Virus record (IMG/VR): IMGVR_UViG_3300014590_000001
Span: 192,658-256,657 of that record
Origin: a virus
Lineage: Duplodnaviria > Caudoviricetes
DNA: 64,000 nucleotides
Direction: 5' to 3' (one strand)
Of this stretch, positions 18,409 to 27,480 are shown piece by piece (the first letter of the stretch is position 1; the number at the start of each line of letters is the position of its first letter). The notes under the pieces were generated by a model. The model saw only the letters and a program-made list of their open reading frames with translations, made no database searches and was not told where the DNA came from. Made by a program: the position numbers and the translations under genes.

Positions 18409-18903
18409 ATGTCTGATCTTACCATCGAGCAATTAAATCCGGTTCAACGTTCAATTCTGAATGTGATCGAAACGAGTATGAACTACTCAAAACAAATTCG
18501 CGAAATCACTGCGCCGAAAGGCTTCACTGATCATCGCGTCATTCGTGACTACTGCCGCATCGCCGTTACTGTTCCGCAACGTGCTGGCGTGTCGGTGTTG
18601 TCTCAATTTCTGGCAGACTATCTGTTAGAAAAATTCCCTGAAGCAAACATTATTCGTTTGGGTCAGGAAGAACGCGTTTACGGTGACACCATCGAACCGC
18701 GTATTGATTTTATTCGCGTTGACACTCCTGCCGATTACGGTCGCGCGCGTCAGCGTATTCGTGACAGCGAAAAGAAATATTCTTTCGTTATCGTTGACCA
18801 ATCCGAATGGATCTGCGGTCAAGACAATCGTTTCGAAAAACTTGCGGAAGATATGTTCCGTGTTGGCGTTGATGATCAATACCTGATCAACCTGTCTACG
18901 TGA
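18409..18903 (+). CDS. small degenerate P-loop-like protein, probable paralogue of the preceding gene
   Basis: VPQRAGVSVL and FVIVDQS in the same layout, with GGAG SD. Confidence 0.55.
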   Translation: MSDLTIEQLNPVQRSILNVIETSMNYSKQIREITAPKGFTDHRVIRDYCRIAVTVPQRAGVSVLSQFLADYLLEKFPEANIIRLGQEERVYGDTIEPRIDFIRVDTPADYGRARQRIRDSEKKYSFVIVDQSEWICGQDNRFEKLAEDMFRVGVDDQYLINLST

Positions 18904-18909
18904 GGCACT

Positions 18910-19407
18910 ATGAGCGTAACGATTGAAGAAATTCTGGAAGGTCTGGAGCCTGTATTTGCGGCGCACACTTTCACTGAAAGCAAACAGCATTTCAATGTCG
19001 TCAGCTTCAAAGTTGAATCGCTGTTTCAGGATATGAAAGTTCATCTGATGCCGAAAGAAGATTCAGAATTTCTCGGTAAGATTCGCGGCACGATTCCAGC
19101 GCCTGATTCGATTCGCTGTCTGCGACTTGTTTTCGAAGAGTACAAGTACAGCCGTCAAAAACGTTTCGAACGTTGTGGCGTAACAACCGGACGCACGAGC
19201 CATCAAAATTTGAATCGCTCTGCGCCGCCTCGTAGTGAAGCGCGTAACGAAACTTATCAGCAAGTTTATGCTGGCGATGTTTCGCATACCATTCATCACG
19301 ATCACGTAACGCATCACACTCCATCACCTGCATGTTCGCCGTCATACGATTCAACTCCTTCTGATTCTGGAGGTAGTGATTGTGGCGGCGGTGGCGGTGG
19401 CGATTAA
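18910..19407 (+). CDS. hypothetical protein with H/S/D/G low-complexity tail
   Basis: Ends SYDSTPSDSGGSDCGGGGGGD. GAGG SD. Confidence 0.7.
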   Translation: MSVTIEEILEGLEPVFAAHTFTESKQHFNVVSFKVESLFQDMKVHLMPKEDSEFLGKIRGTIPAPDSIRCLRLVFEEYKYSRQKRFERCGVTTGRTSHQNLNRSAPPRSEARNETYQQVYAGDVSHTIHHDHVTHHTPSPACSPSYDSTPSDSGGSDCGGGGGGD

Positions 19408-19415
19408 GGAAAGTT

Positions 19416-20393
19416 ATGAAACATCGTACTGGTGAATATCTTGTTGTTCGCAGTGGCAACAAAAATGTTTTGGTTCTCGCAACTGGTAAAAGCGTTGGCT
19501 ATCTGGTCAACACTCTTGCAACTGCCGATCCAACTACAATCAAGTTCAGCGCGAAATACGATATCCTCGCCATCCTCGGAAAAGATCCTGAGCCTGGCCA
19601 AAAAGTTTTCGGTGTGAGCGTAACGCCGCACGTTGGACTGAAACAAATTGCAGGAATGCCCGCGCTCAATCTTTACGGACGTGAAGAACAAGTTGGTAAA
19701 GCTATTCGCATCGCGTGTAAAAAGTTTCCTGCGTTTGTTGAAAAGTATGGCGTTGCCGAAGCGCTGCGTCGTTGCAAACAGATTAACTTTAATCAGGTGA
19801 GCGGCGGTAGCAAAACGCATGACTTCAAAACGAAATTCCAGAAAGAAGAATGGAATGACGTGTTCAACATTTGCGTGACTAAGGATAGCTTGTCGCAAGA
19901 CGTTACCAACAATATGTTGCTGGCGCTCGGTGAATCTGTTTATCAGCATTTGGTTCCGACCAAACGCAAAATCAAATGGATTCTTTTGCTGAACAAATTG
20001 CGTAACGTTCAGAAACTTGATCAAGAAACTTTGATCGGTTTCCTCGACGACTTCATTAAAACTGGCGATGCAAAGGATGTGAAAAATTTAGTGTCGGAAG
20101 AACTTCTGCCGTTCACTGATATCATTCTGCGTAGCATTGCGCGTCAGCGTTTGATGACGGTGAAAGAACTTGAGTTGATTGCTCAAAACGACTCTGAGCA
20201 AATCGTTAAGTTCTGGCCCGCTGAATTGGAAGTCAGCGATGCTCGTCCTGATATTGAGAAGTCAGCTATGAAAAGTGCGCGAGCTTTATTTGCGTATTCA
20301 TTCTGCCGATTTGTTCAGGGTGTGGATCTCGGTAAAACTCTAAACAAACAGGTGCGCCTTACTGTTAAGGAGTTTCGCGGGGATGTTGAGTGA
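19416..20393 (+). CDS. hypothetical protein
   Basis: ATG at 19416 after AAGGA, ~325 aa. Confidence 0.75.
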   Translation: MKHRTGEYLVVRSGNKNVLVLATGKSVGYLVNTLATADPTTIKFSAKYDILAILGKDPEPGQKVFGVSVTPHVGLKQIAGMPALNLYGREEQVGKAIRIACKKFPAFVEKYGVAEALRRCKQINFNQVSGGSKTHDFKTKFQKEEWNDVFNICVTKDSLSQDVTNNMLLALGESVYQHLVPTKRKIKWILLLNKLRNVQKLDQETLIGFLDDFIKTGDAKDVKNLVSEELLPFTDIILRSIARQRLMTVKELELIAQNDSEQIVKFWPAELEVSDARPDIEKSAMKSARALFAYSFCRFVQGVDLGKTLNKQVRLTVKEFRGDVE

Positions 20394-20715
20394 CGCACTG
20401 AATCGCAAAGGGGAAGATAATCAAGTCTTCCCTATTACTTTGGATACTCCGCTCGTAATATACGAAACGGACGGTATGATATTTGTTGGCTCTCTTGCTG
20501 ATTACGGTGACGGCATTTGGATTTTAGATCCGCATCTGTACAACACTGAAACCGACTCATACACTCCGGTAAAAATCTCATTCAAGTTTAATGCTGGCGA
20601 AGATATTCGCAAAGTTCTCAACTCTGATGAAATTCGCTTTTATGCGAGGACTGCCAATTTTAATCTCGGAATGATCTCTGGCGTTCCGTTTGTTTTCGAT
20701 ACAAGGATTCATTGA
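20383..20715 (+). CDS. hypothetical protein
   Basis: 110-aa ORF overlapping both neighbours. Confidence 0.65.
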   Translation: MLSDALNRKGEDNQVFPITLDTPLVIYETDGMIFVGSLADYGDGIWILDPHLYNTETDSYTPVKISFKFNAGEDIRKVLNSDEIRFYARTANFNLGMISGVPFVFDTRIH

Positions 20716-21290
20716 TGAAACTCGTTTTTGATTGGGATGATACTGCGCTGCTTACGCATCCTTACTACGTTAAAGTTCTGAAAGAAACTCACGGCGATGA
20801 TCTGCCGCTCGATCAGTATTTCACGAAAGACAACGGCGGCTCTGGTTTCCTCGGTCTGATGGAATCCGGTAGCTTCATGGATAAAGTTGAAATTCGCTCT
20901 GGCTTTATCGAAATGATTCGCCGTCTGGTTGCAGAAGGTCACGAAGTTTATTCGTGTTCGCATCGTGGTTATCATCGCATGGGTCACGTACTCACGCGTA
21001 AACTTTTCACCGAAGAAGAGTGGAATCTTTTCACTGAGCATTACTTCCTCGATCCGTTTGTTGCACCAAACAAAGTTGAGTTTCTGCAAGAAGTGTTCGA
21101 CGGCGAAGATTTTATTATCTTTGATGATCGACCTCACTTCACCTGCGAGCACAACGAAGAAGATGCTGAACATATTATTCTGTTTGATCAGCCGTGGAAC
21201 AAAGAACTTCCTTTCGACCGCGTGTTTGCATTCGACGAAAACTTTATTTCTGTTCTGGATAAGAAGTTGGAAATTTATTCTAATTTCTAA
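20715..21290 (+). CDS. HAD-family 5'(3')-deoxyribonucleotidase-like phosphatase
   Basis: VFDWDDT (DxD motif I), CSHR, NK, IIFDDRP and FDQPWN. Confidence 0.8.
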   Translation: MKLVFDWDDTALLTHPYYVKVLKETHGDDLPLDQYFTKDNGGSGFLGLMESGSFMDKVEIRSGFIEMIRRLVAEGHEVYSCSHRGYHRMGHVLTRKLFTEEEWNLFTEHYFLDPFVAPNKVEFLQEVFDGEDFIIFDDRPHFTCEHNEEDAEHIILFDQPWNKELPFDRVFAFDENFISVLDKKLEIYSNF

Positions 21291-21292
21291 TC

Positions 21293-21569
21293 TCGCACCG
21301 CAAGAAAAAAGTTTCGTTGTGGTACGGCGAGCTTGCATATGTGCGTTTACACGGAGCGCACAACATGGCAGTAAGACTCGCCAAGTGCCTATCACGCTAA
21401 GGCACTTTAATCTGCGTGGGGGTTTGTTCGGAGGTTCCGACAGCTTACGGGCAAACTCCAAAGCGACTAACAAAAAGTTTCTTTGGAGTTTGTCCAAAAC
21501 TAAAATGATGAAATAAGATTTAACTTTACCCTGGAGGGAACCGAAGACGACGCGGTTCCCTTTTTTTTT
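21293..21569 (+). ncRNA. candidate structured non-coding RNA
   Basis: Intergenic, with at least five stems, a CTAATTT motif just upstream and a terminator at the 3' end. Confidence 0.5.
21535..21569 (+). terminator. intrinsic terminator
   Basis: AGGGAACCG...CGGTTCCCT followed by a T run. Confidence 0.85.
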
Positions 21570-21574
21570 GATCC

Positions 21575-21585
21575 AAATCTGTAAA
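21575..21585 (+). promoter_or_regulatory. AAATCTGTAAA class 1 promoter motif
   Basis: Exact copy upstream of the dnaX-like gene. Confidence 0.7.
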
Positions 21586-21623
21586 TTCCATGTATACAAT
21601 CAATCCGGTATGGAACTGAAAGA

Positions 21624-22847
21624 ATGGCGAAAGTAAAGAAACGCTCTTTTGACGGCGAAGGTAAAGTTGTCAAGAAGAAGAAAAAGTCAGGCGTAGAAAT
21701 GGAAGTGCTGTCTACGATTAACTTTGCAAACAAGTATCGTCCGACCAGCATTAAAGATTTCATCGGTCAGCCTCATATTCAAAAACAATATGCAGGTTGG
21801 TTGAAAACTAAAACTTTCCCATCGGTTATTTTAATCAGTGGGCATTTGGGTTCCGGCAAAACTACGTTCGCAGGTATCATCGCTAAAACAATTAACTGCG
21901 ATACGCTTGATGCTTGCGGTGAATGTCCGTCGTGTAAAGCGTATGATGCAAAATGTCACCGCGATGTTCTCACCTACGATATGGGTAACGACAGCGGTAA
22001 AGTTGACGGCGCTCAACGCATTATCGAAAGCAGTAACTTGTCTCCTATGTATCGTCGCCGCGTATACATTCTTGATGAAGCGCATTTGATGACTTCTCAA
22101 GCGGAATCGAAATTCCTTATTCCGTTAGAGAATCCGGCACCGCATACTGTTTGGATTCTGGTGTCAACCGATCCGCAAAAGATTAAGAGCACAATTCTTT
22201 CTCGCTGCGTTAAGCTGCCAATCAACCCAATCGATCCGGAAGTGATAGCTGAACGTATTCGTTATCTGGCGAAGAAAGAAAAGATTCTGCCGAAAGACAA
22301 GAAAGAACTGAAAGCGGCAAACGAAGCGATTGAAACTATCGCTGAATATTCTGGCGGCCAGTTGCGTGGCGCTATCGGTTTATTCCAGACTGTATACAGC
22401 GCGGTGAAAGGTGGTGAAACTTTCAATAATGATTTGGTGCTGGATATGGCGGCATCCGATCCGGAAATCAATTTAGGTGATCTGGCTGTAGAATTTACGG
22501 CAGGTTATTTGAAAATGGATCTGGTTGAAACTATTCGCACCATTCGTTCGACAGGTGATATTCGCGGTCTGCTGCACAAGACACGCTGGCTCTTGCATTA
22601 TATCCTCGGTGATATTGCGAAGACGAATAAGTTTCAAACTGCTGAACTGCGCAAATTCTATGACGTGCGTAAAAAGAACAAGTTTGAAATTTCCCCTATC
22701 TCTGTAATCTATTTGCAGAAAGCGTTGTGTGATATTGAATTGGCGATCAATAGTTCCAGCATTCCCGTAGAAGTGATGTTTGAAAGTACAATCACTGGTT
22801 TAATGTCGGATATCTATTCCGGTAAACTTTCAGTCAAATTGAAGTAA
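21624..22847 (+). CDS. dnaX: DNA polymerase III gamma/tau-like clamp loader ATPase
   Basis: KYRP, GHLGSGKTT, NC...CGECPSC, ILDEAH, LENP and TILSRC. Confidence 0.9.
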   Translation: MAKVKKRSFDGEGKVVKKKKKSGVEMEVLSTINFANKYRPTSIKDFIGQPHIQKQYAGWLKTKTFPSVILISGHLGSGKTTFAGIIAKTINCDTLDACGECPSCKAYDAKCHRDVLTYDMGNDSGKVDGAQRIIESSNLSPMYRRRVYILDEAHLMTSQAESKFLIPLENPAPHTVWILVSTDPQKIKSTILSRCVKLPINPIDPEVIAERIRYLAKKEKILPKDKKELKAANEAIETIAEYSGGQLRGAIGLFQTVYSAVKGGETFNNDLVLDMAASDPEINLGDLAVEFTAGYLKMDLVETIRTIRSTGDIRGLLHKTRWLLHYILGDIAKTNKFQTAELRKFYDVRKKNKFEISPISVIYLQKALCDIELAINSSSIPVEVMFESTITGLMSDIYSGKLSVKLK

Positions 22848-22850
22848 AAC

Positions 22851-22879
22851 AAATGGGTGGCCTTGTGCTGCCCATTTTT
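22851..22879 (+). terminator. intrinsic terminator (GGGTGGC/GCTGCCC family)
   Basis: aaatgggtggc-cttgt-gctgcccattttt. Confidence 0.85.
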
Positions 22880-22888
22880 CGTTTCGAT

Positions 22889-22896
22889 AGTAATTT
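22889..22896 (+). promoter_or_regulatory. AGTAATTT class 2 promoter motif
   Basis: Heads a cluster of tagged proteins. Confidence 0.5.
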
Positions 22897-22931
22897 CATG
22901 GTACAAGGACAATCACAGGAATTACGTCAAA

Positions 22932-23408
22932 ATGCAAATCGTCTTATCTCTTTCTAAAGTTTCGGAGGAACTGCTCTGGACAACTTATTCTGAGCATTTA
23001 AATCCTATCGAACTGAAGCATATCTGCAAGAAGATTTTTGGTAATAATGTTGATTGCCGAAAGTCTCCTATCGGAATTCTGAAGTCTCGCACAAGCGAAC
23101 TGAAGTTTGTTCCGTCAGGTGACGAGGGTGTTGTTTGCATTTTCAACGACAAGACCTTTAAACAGGCATCCGACTTTATGAACGCGATGAAGCCTGTTCC
23201 GGTACGCACTCCTTTCGGCGCAGGGGATTTCTATCTCTCGTTTGAATCCGAAGGCCGCAAACTTGCCTATCTCGTATGGAGCAAGATGAAAGATCAGTTA
23301 GTTTATTTTCCGGATGTTAGCGCACTCGAAGAATACTATTCTACGCTCGGAGTTTCTCCAGGCGTTGATCGCATGAAGTCGTACCCAAGCCGGAGAATCT
23401 TCGGCTAA
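22932..23408 (+). CDS. hypothetical protein with MQIVLSLS tag
   Basis: ATG at 22932 and shared N-terminal tag. Confidence 0.7.
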   Translation: MQIVLSLSKVSEELLWTTYSEHLNPIELKHICKKIFGNNVDCRKSPIGILKSRTSELKFVPSGDEGVVCIFNDKTFKQASDFMNAMKPVPVRTPFGAGDFYLSFESEGRKLAYLVWSKMKDQLVYFPDVSALEEYYSTLGVSPGVDRMKSYPSRRIFG

Positions 23409-23490
23409 TAAGGAGGTGATCCCTATCTCTTCTTTACTGCCAAGAAGTAAAACTTCGGCGGGAGGTACGTTGTGCCGAAATCTATTTTCC

Positions 23491-23514
23491 AAAGGCGGGA
23501 GCAATCCCGCTTTT
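23491..23514 (+). terminator. intrinsic terminator/hairpin
   Basis: GCGGGA-gcaa-TCCCGC-tttt. Confidence 0.7.
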
Positions 23515-23531
23515 CTTATAGGAACTGAATC

Positions 23532-24209
23532 ATGGAAATTTTAATCAGTTTGTCGAAAGCTGTTTCGGCATTTTCAGAAAAAGATCGAGCGGCTTTCGAC
23601 AAATGGTTTGGAAAGTCCGTTGTAAAAGATCCTCAAGGCAATCCGCTTGTTGTGTATCACGGCACAACAGGAGACTTTGATACGTTTGATAAAAAACGTT
23701 TGAGCGCCGGTAACGATGAATACGGCATCGGATTTTATTTCACTGACTCACCTGAGTTTGCGCAATACTATGCCAAGAATAGCGGCAGTACGCTTCCAGT
23801 GTATTTGAAAATCCAGAAGCCGATCATTTTTGAAAAGCAACCGCGCATGACTCTTATGCAAGCAACAAGAATTGCAAACGGATTAACTCGTCCTCACTTC
23901 AATCGCTTCCTTGCTGAAAACTACGATCTCGATTATCAAGGTTTGGCAAGCGCGAAACAAGAATATCTGGAAAACTTCGTCGGCATGGATCTGATCGACG
24001 CAGGGAACAACCTGTTCCAAGATATTTATAAAGGTGAGCCTGAACAGTGGCGCTTCTCTGAAGTGTTCGCTGCTGCAACCGGAAGGGATGGCATCATTGC
24101 AAAACGTGGACAGCATTTCTTCTACGTTGTGTTTAGTCCTACGCAAATCAAATCGGCAGTAGGAAACAAAGGTACGTTTAAACCGCGCACCGAAAACATT
24201 CTGGAGTAA
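23532..24209 (+). CDS. ADP-ribosyltransferase-like (polyvalent-protein ART type) protein with MEILISLS tag
   Basis: PLVVYHGT..DF..F, G.GFYFT...A..YA, PVYL.I.KP, G.DGII and YVVFSPTQIKSA.GN.GTF. Confidence 0.7.
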   Translation: MEILISLSKAVSAFSEKDRAAFDKWFGKSVVKDPQGNPLVVYHGTTGDFDTFDKKRLSAGNDEYGIGFYFTDSPEFAQYYAKNSGSTLPVYLKIQKPIIFEKQPRMTLMQATRIANGLTRPHFNRFLAENYDLDYQGLASAKQEYLENFVGMDLIDAGNNLFQDIYKGEPEQWRFSEVFAAATGRDGIIAKRGQHFFYVVFSPTQIKSAVGNKGTFKPRTENILE

Positions 24210-24212
24210 GCT

Positions 24213-24647
24213 ATGGAAATTCTAATCAGTCTTAGCAAGATGGTTAGCCCGTTGCCGAAACAAAAAGTTGTTTTGCAGAATGCGAAAAGCAATGAAGAGA
24301 AAGCAAAGCGCAGTGTTAAGCTGGCGCAAGATACTCTTCAGCAACGACAACAGGAAAACCGGAATGTTGATGGTGCCAAAAAAGAATTGGGAATCCGTAA
24401 TAAGATACGTCGTCGCGCAACCGAAGTAGTAAGAACGCAGCAACAACGTACCGGACGTGCCGCCACCGTTGATCGCCTTATTGCAGAACTCGAACGTCTG
24501 GAGAAAGTTGAAGACAACGAGACTAACAAAAAGACGAACGAAGAACGCCGCACGAAATTGCGTGAACAGATTGCAGAAGCACGTAAGGCAATGCAGAAAA
24601 TCAAATTGCCTAAATCTACAATCAAGCGCAAGAAACGTCGTTACTAA
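24213..24647 (+). CDS. basic coiled-coil protein with MEILISLS tag
   Basis: R/K/Q-rich, with shared tag. Confidence 0.75.
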   Translation: MEILISLSKMVSPLPKQKVVLQNAKSNEEKAKRSVKLAQDTLQQRQQENRNVDGAKKELGIRNKIRRRATEVVRTQQQRTGRAATVDRLIAELERLEKVEDNETNKKTNEERRTKLREQIAEARKAMQKIKLPKSTIKRKKRRY

Positions 24648-24656
24648 GGAATCACT

Positions 24657-24890
24657 ATGCAAATTTATGTGTCGCTTTCCAGCGCCCCGAATCTCGCGCA
24701 GCAAAGTTGGGATTATACTTTTCTTTGTTACGTAGATGAAACAGCACGTAAATGGCCAGCCGACTTAGGCGCATATGGCGAACGCTATATGAAACTTCTG
24801 AAAGAAAAACTTCGACTCGAAGCCGTGACGGGGCCATTTCTTTTTGACGGCTATTACGACAAAGATCAATTCTTCACGGAACTTCCGTAA
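24657..24890 (+). CDS. small protein with MQIYVSLSSA tag
   Basis: AAGGA SD and shared tag. Confidence 0.7.
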   Translation: MQIYVSLSSAPNLAQQSWDYTFLCYVDETARKWPADLGAYGERYMKLLKEKLRLEAVTGPFLFDGYYDKDQFFTELP

Positions 24891-24895
24891 CTTTG

Positions 24896-24919
24896 AGGGT
24901 GGCTTAGGCTGCCCTTTTT
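24896..24919 (+). terminator. intrinsic terminator (GGGTGGC/GCTGCCC family)
   Basis: agggtggc-ttag-gctgcccttttt. Confidence 0.85.
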
Positions 24920-24926
24920 AACGCCC

Positions 24927-24937
24927 AAATCTGTAAA
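24927..24937 (+). promoter_or_regulatory. AAATCTGTAAA class 1 promoter motif
   Basis: Exact copy upstream of the SbcC operon. Confidence 0.7.
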
Positions 24938-24976
24938 AAGATGAATATAGGTTTAAACTTAACTAAGGTATTCATT

Positions 24977-25177
24977 ATGTTTGCATATGCTCGCCCTACT
25001 CCATGTTTCCATATTTGCCGTCACGCTCTGGATATCAATCCGTACACCAATGAACCTGAAACACAAAAAGAAATCGTTGGTCAGGTGTTCGCGCATCCGG
25101 AAAAGGAATTGGAAAAACTTTCGAAAGATTATCCGAACGATAGTCTATGGTTTGAACCTGCTGATGTTTGGATGTAA
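24977..25177 (+). CDS. small hypothetical protein
   Basis: ATG at 24977 after AAGGT. Confidence 0.55.
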   Translation: MFAYARPTPCFHICRHALDINPYTNEPETQKEIVGQVFAHPEKELEKLSKDYPNDSLWFEPADVWM

Positions 25178-25179
25178 CT

Positions 25180-27480
25180 ATGCCTGGGATTTCTCTCAAA
25201 TCAATTGAACTCAATAACGTTGTGGTGTTCAAAGAATTAAAGCTGACTGAACTTGATCAGCAAGGATTCGTAACTATCTCCGGTTACAACCACGACAGCC
25301 CAAACGTTCGCAACAATAAAAACGGTGTGGGAAAAAGTCTGATGTTTGGTTCGCTTCCAAATTTATTTTATGAAGCAGATCCGCTTGCGCTTACCAAACG
25401 CAGCAAAACAAATATGCTGAAGAAAGGAAGTTCAATCTCACTTGAGTGGCAATCTCCTTTAGGTCAGATGATCAAAATTGAACAGACGGCAAGTAAGTAT
25501 AAAGTTTCTTTGGACGGCGAAGACCAAAAGGTTGAGCGTCAGGACGTAGCGAAGACGTGGATTAAAAAACATTTCCCGCTTTCGCAAGACGAGTTTTATT
25601 CGTACTGCTATATTCAAACGCAGATCGCACATCCGTTCCAACGTGCGAAACCTTCTGAGCGTCTGAAATATTTGACTGAACTGTTTGGCCTCGATGTTTA
25701 TGATCGTATTCGTAGCGCAGTCAAAATCAAACTGGATGCTGCGAAAGACGCAGAGAAAGAAAGCAAAGGCGTTGCCGATCTTTACGACGTTACTGCACGT
25801 AAGCAGGACTCTCTGAAGGTAACAGACAAGACGCGCAAGAAAGCTAAGAAGCTGGAGAAAGAAAGCGATGCACTTAAAGAGCAACGCAACGATCTTTATG
25901 AACGTTTTGCTGAACTGACTTCTGAGCGCAAGGACGCTCGCCGCTACTACGAAATCATGGCAGAGATTTCTGCTCTGAAGATTGTGTCTGAGAATCCGAA
26001 GAAGGAACTGGAAAAACTTAATGCGGTGTTAAAGCGTATTGAGAAATTCGAAGACTATCAGGAAGCGCTGAAGAAATATAAAAAGCGTTTGGCTGAATTC
26101 AAAGCGCAGTTGAAAGAACTTCCGGAATCTGAAGCAGATCCTAAAGCACTCTCAAAGAAACATTCTAAGCTGGTTTCCGAAGAGGAAGAGATTGAAGAAC
26201 TGCTTGAAAGTTTGGATGAAGAGATCGAGGCGTACACCGAATGGAAAGACGATATCAAACGTTTGACCAAAGCACTCGGTAAATTGAAGAAGCCGAAGAA
26301 AACTTCTGAAGAACTGGAGGAAGCATTTACTGAAGCGCAGTCGGTTGTACGCGCTTACGAAAAACTTTCTCACAAGGTTGACGGCAAGACTTGTCCTACG
26401 TGCGGTCAGGACGTGAATCTCAAAGCGCTGAAACGTGCTGCTGATAAAGCTGAAGAAGAGATCAAAAGTCTGCGCAAGCAACAAGAGTATTTCGATTGCA
26501 AAGAAGAATTGAAAGAACTCGAAGGGAAGAAAGTTAAGAAGCCTAAGCACGACAAAGAAGAGTTGCAAAAACGTTTGAAGAAGATCGGCAAGCAGATTGA
26601 TGCTATCGCTGATGAATTCGAAACGATTAAAAAACGTGATGCAATTCAGGCCAAGCTGGATGCTCTGGAGAAGCCGGAAGAAGTTGCTGAACCGAAGAAG
26701 CCGTGTAAGAACGTTGAAAAACGTATCGAGCAACTGGAACAACTTCGCGATCTTAATCAGTCACTGAAAGCATTCAAGCGTCCGTCTAAGTCGGCGCAGG
26801 AAATTGATGAAGAGTATCACGCAGTCGATAAGAAGATTAAAAAGCTCACCTCAAGTATCGGTGAACTTGAGCGTGAAATGCAGAAAGTGATTTCGAAAGT
26901 TCAGGAGTACGATCATTACGAAGACACGTTAGTTGAAATGCGCACAAAACTTTCTAAGTTGCAGCCATTGATTGACAAGCGTGTGTTGTACGAAACACTT
27001 TATAAAGCGTACAGTGGCACGGAATTAAAACTGAAAGCAATGGAAGGACGCTTGCAGTTAATTCAAGACAAGCTGAATGAGAACAGTCATTTGGTTTACC
27101 CTGAGAATATGAAGTTCAATCTATTCACTTGTCCTCAAGGCGTTGGTGCAACTGTTACTCGCGTGTCGTCGGATACCACAACCGATATCAGTATTATGAG
27201 CGGCGCAGAAACTAACTGCTTCCGTTTGTTGTGGGCGATCAGTATTCTTCCGTTTGTGCCTGAATCTCGTCGTACTGACTTCATGATTCTGGATGAACCT
27301 GAATCGAACTGTAGTGATGCCGTTCGTGATCACTTAATCGAAAACTTCCTGCCCATTCTCACAAAGATTGTTCCAAACGTTTATTGGATCTCTCCATTGA
27401 GTGTTGATAGTTTCAGTGACAAGCAATGGATAGTTGAGAAGACAAAGGGCGTTTCCAAACTTGTTAGAAAGGAAATGTAA
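25180..27480 (+). CDS. SbcC/Rad50/gp46-like SMC ATPase
   Basis: Walker A NGVGKS, coiled coils, zinc hook CPTCGQ, signature MSGAE and Walker B ILDEPE. Confidence 0.9.
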   Translation: MPGISLKSIELNNVVVFKELKLTELDQQGFVTISGYNHDSPNVRNNKNGVGKSLMFGSLPNLFYEADPLALTKRSKTNMLKKGSSISLEWQSPLGQMIKIEQTASKYKVSLDGEDQKVERQDVAKTWIKKHFPLSQDEFYSYCYIQTQIAHPFQRAKPSERLKYLTELFGLDVYDRIRSAVKIKLDAAKDAEKESKGVADLYDVTARKQDSLKVTDKTRKKAKKLEKESDALKEQRNDLYERFAELTSERKDARRYYEIMAEISALKIVSENPKKELEKLNAVLKRIEKFEDYQEALKKYKKRLAEFKAQLKELPESEADPKALSKKHSKLVSEEEEIEELLESLDEEIEAYTEWKDDIKRLTKALGKLKKPKKTSEELEEAFTEAQSVVRAYEKLSHKVDGKTCPTCGQDVNLKALKRAADKAEEEIKSLRKQQEYFDCKEELKELEGKKVKKPKHDKEELQKRLKKIGKQIDAIADEFETIKKRDAIQAKLDALEKPEEVAEPKKPCKNVEKRIEQLEQLRDLNQSLKAFKRPSKSAQEIDEEYHAVDKKIKKLTSSIGELEREMQKVISKVQEYDHYEDTLVEMRTKLSKLQPLIDKRVLYETLYKAYSGTELKLKAMEGRLQLIQDKLNENSHLVYPENMKFNLFTCPQGVGATVTRVSSDTTTDISIMSGAETNCFRLLWAISILPFVPESRRTDFMILDEPESNCSDAVRDHLIENFLPILTKIVPNVYWISPLSVDSFSDKQWIVEKTKGVSKLVRKEM

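Noticed and set aside
20709-21599. 296-aa minus-strand ORF spanning the HAD gene and the structured spacer
   Set aside because: Antisense to a motif-bearing gene, with no recognisable motifs. It crosses a + strand terminator and promoter.
23409-23422. rRNA gene fragment on the minus strand
   Set aside because: The match to the 16S 3' end is only 14 nt and the flanks are not rRNA-like.
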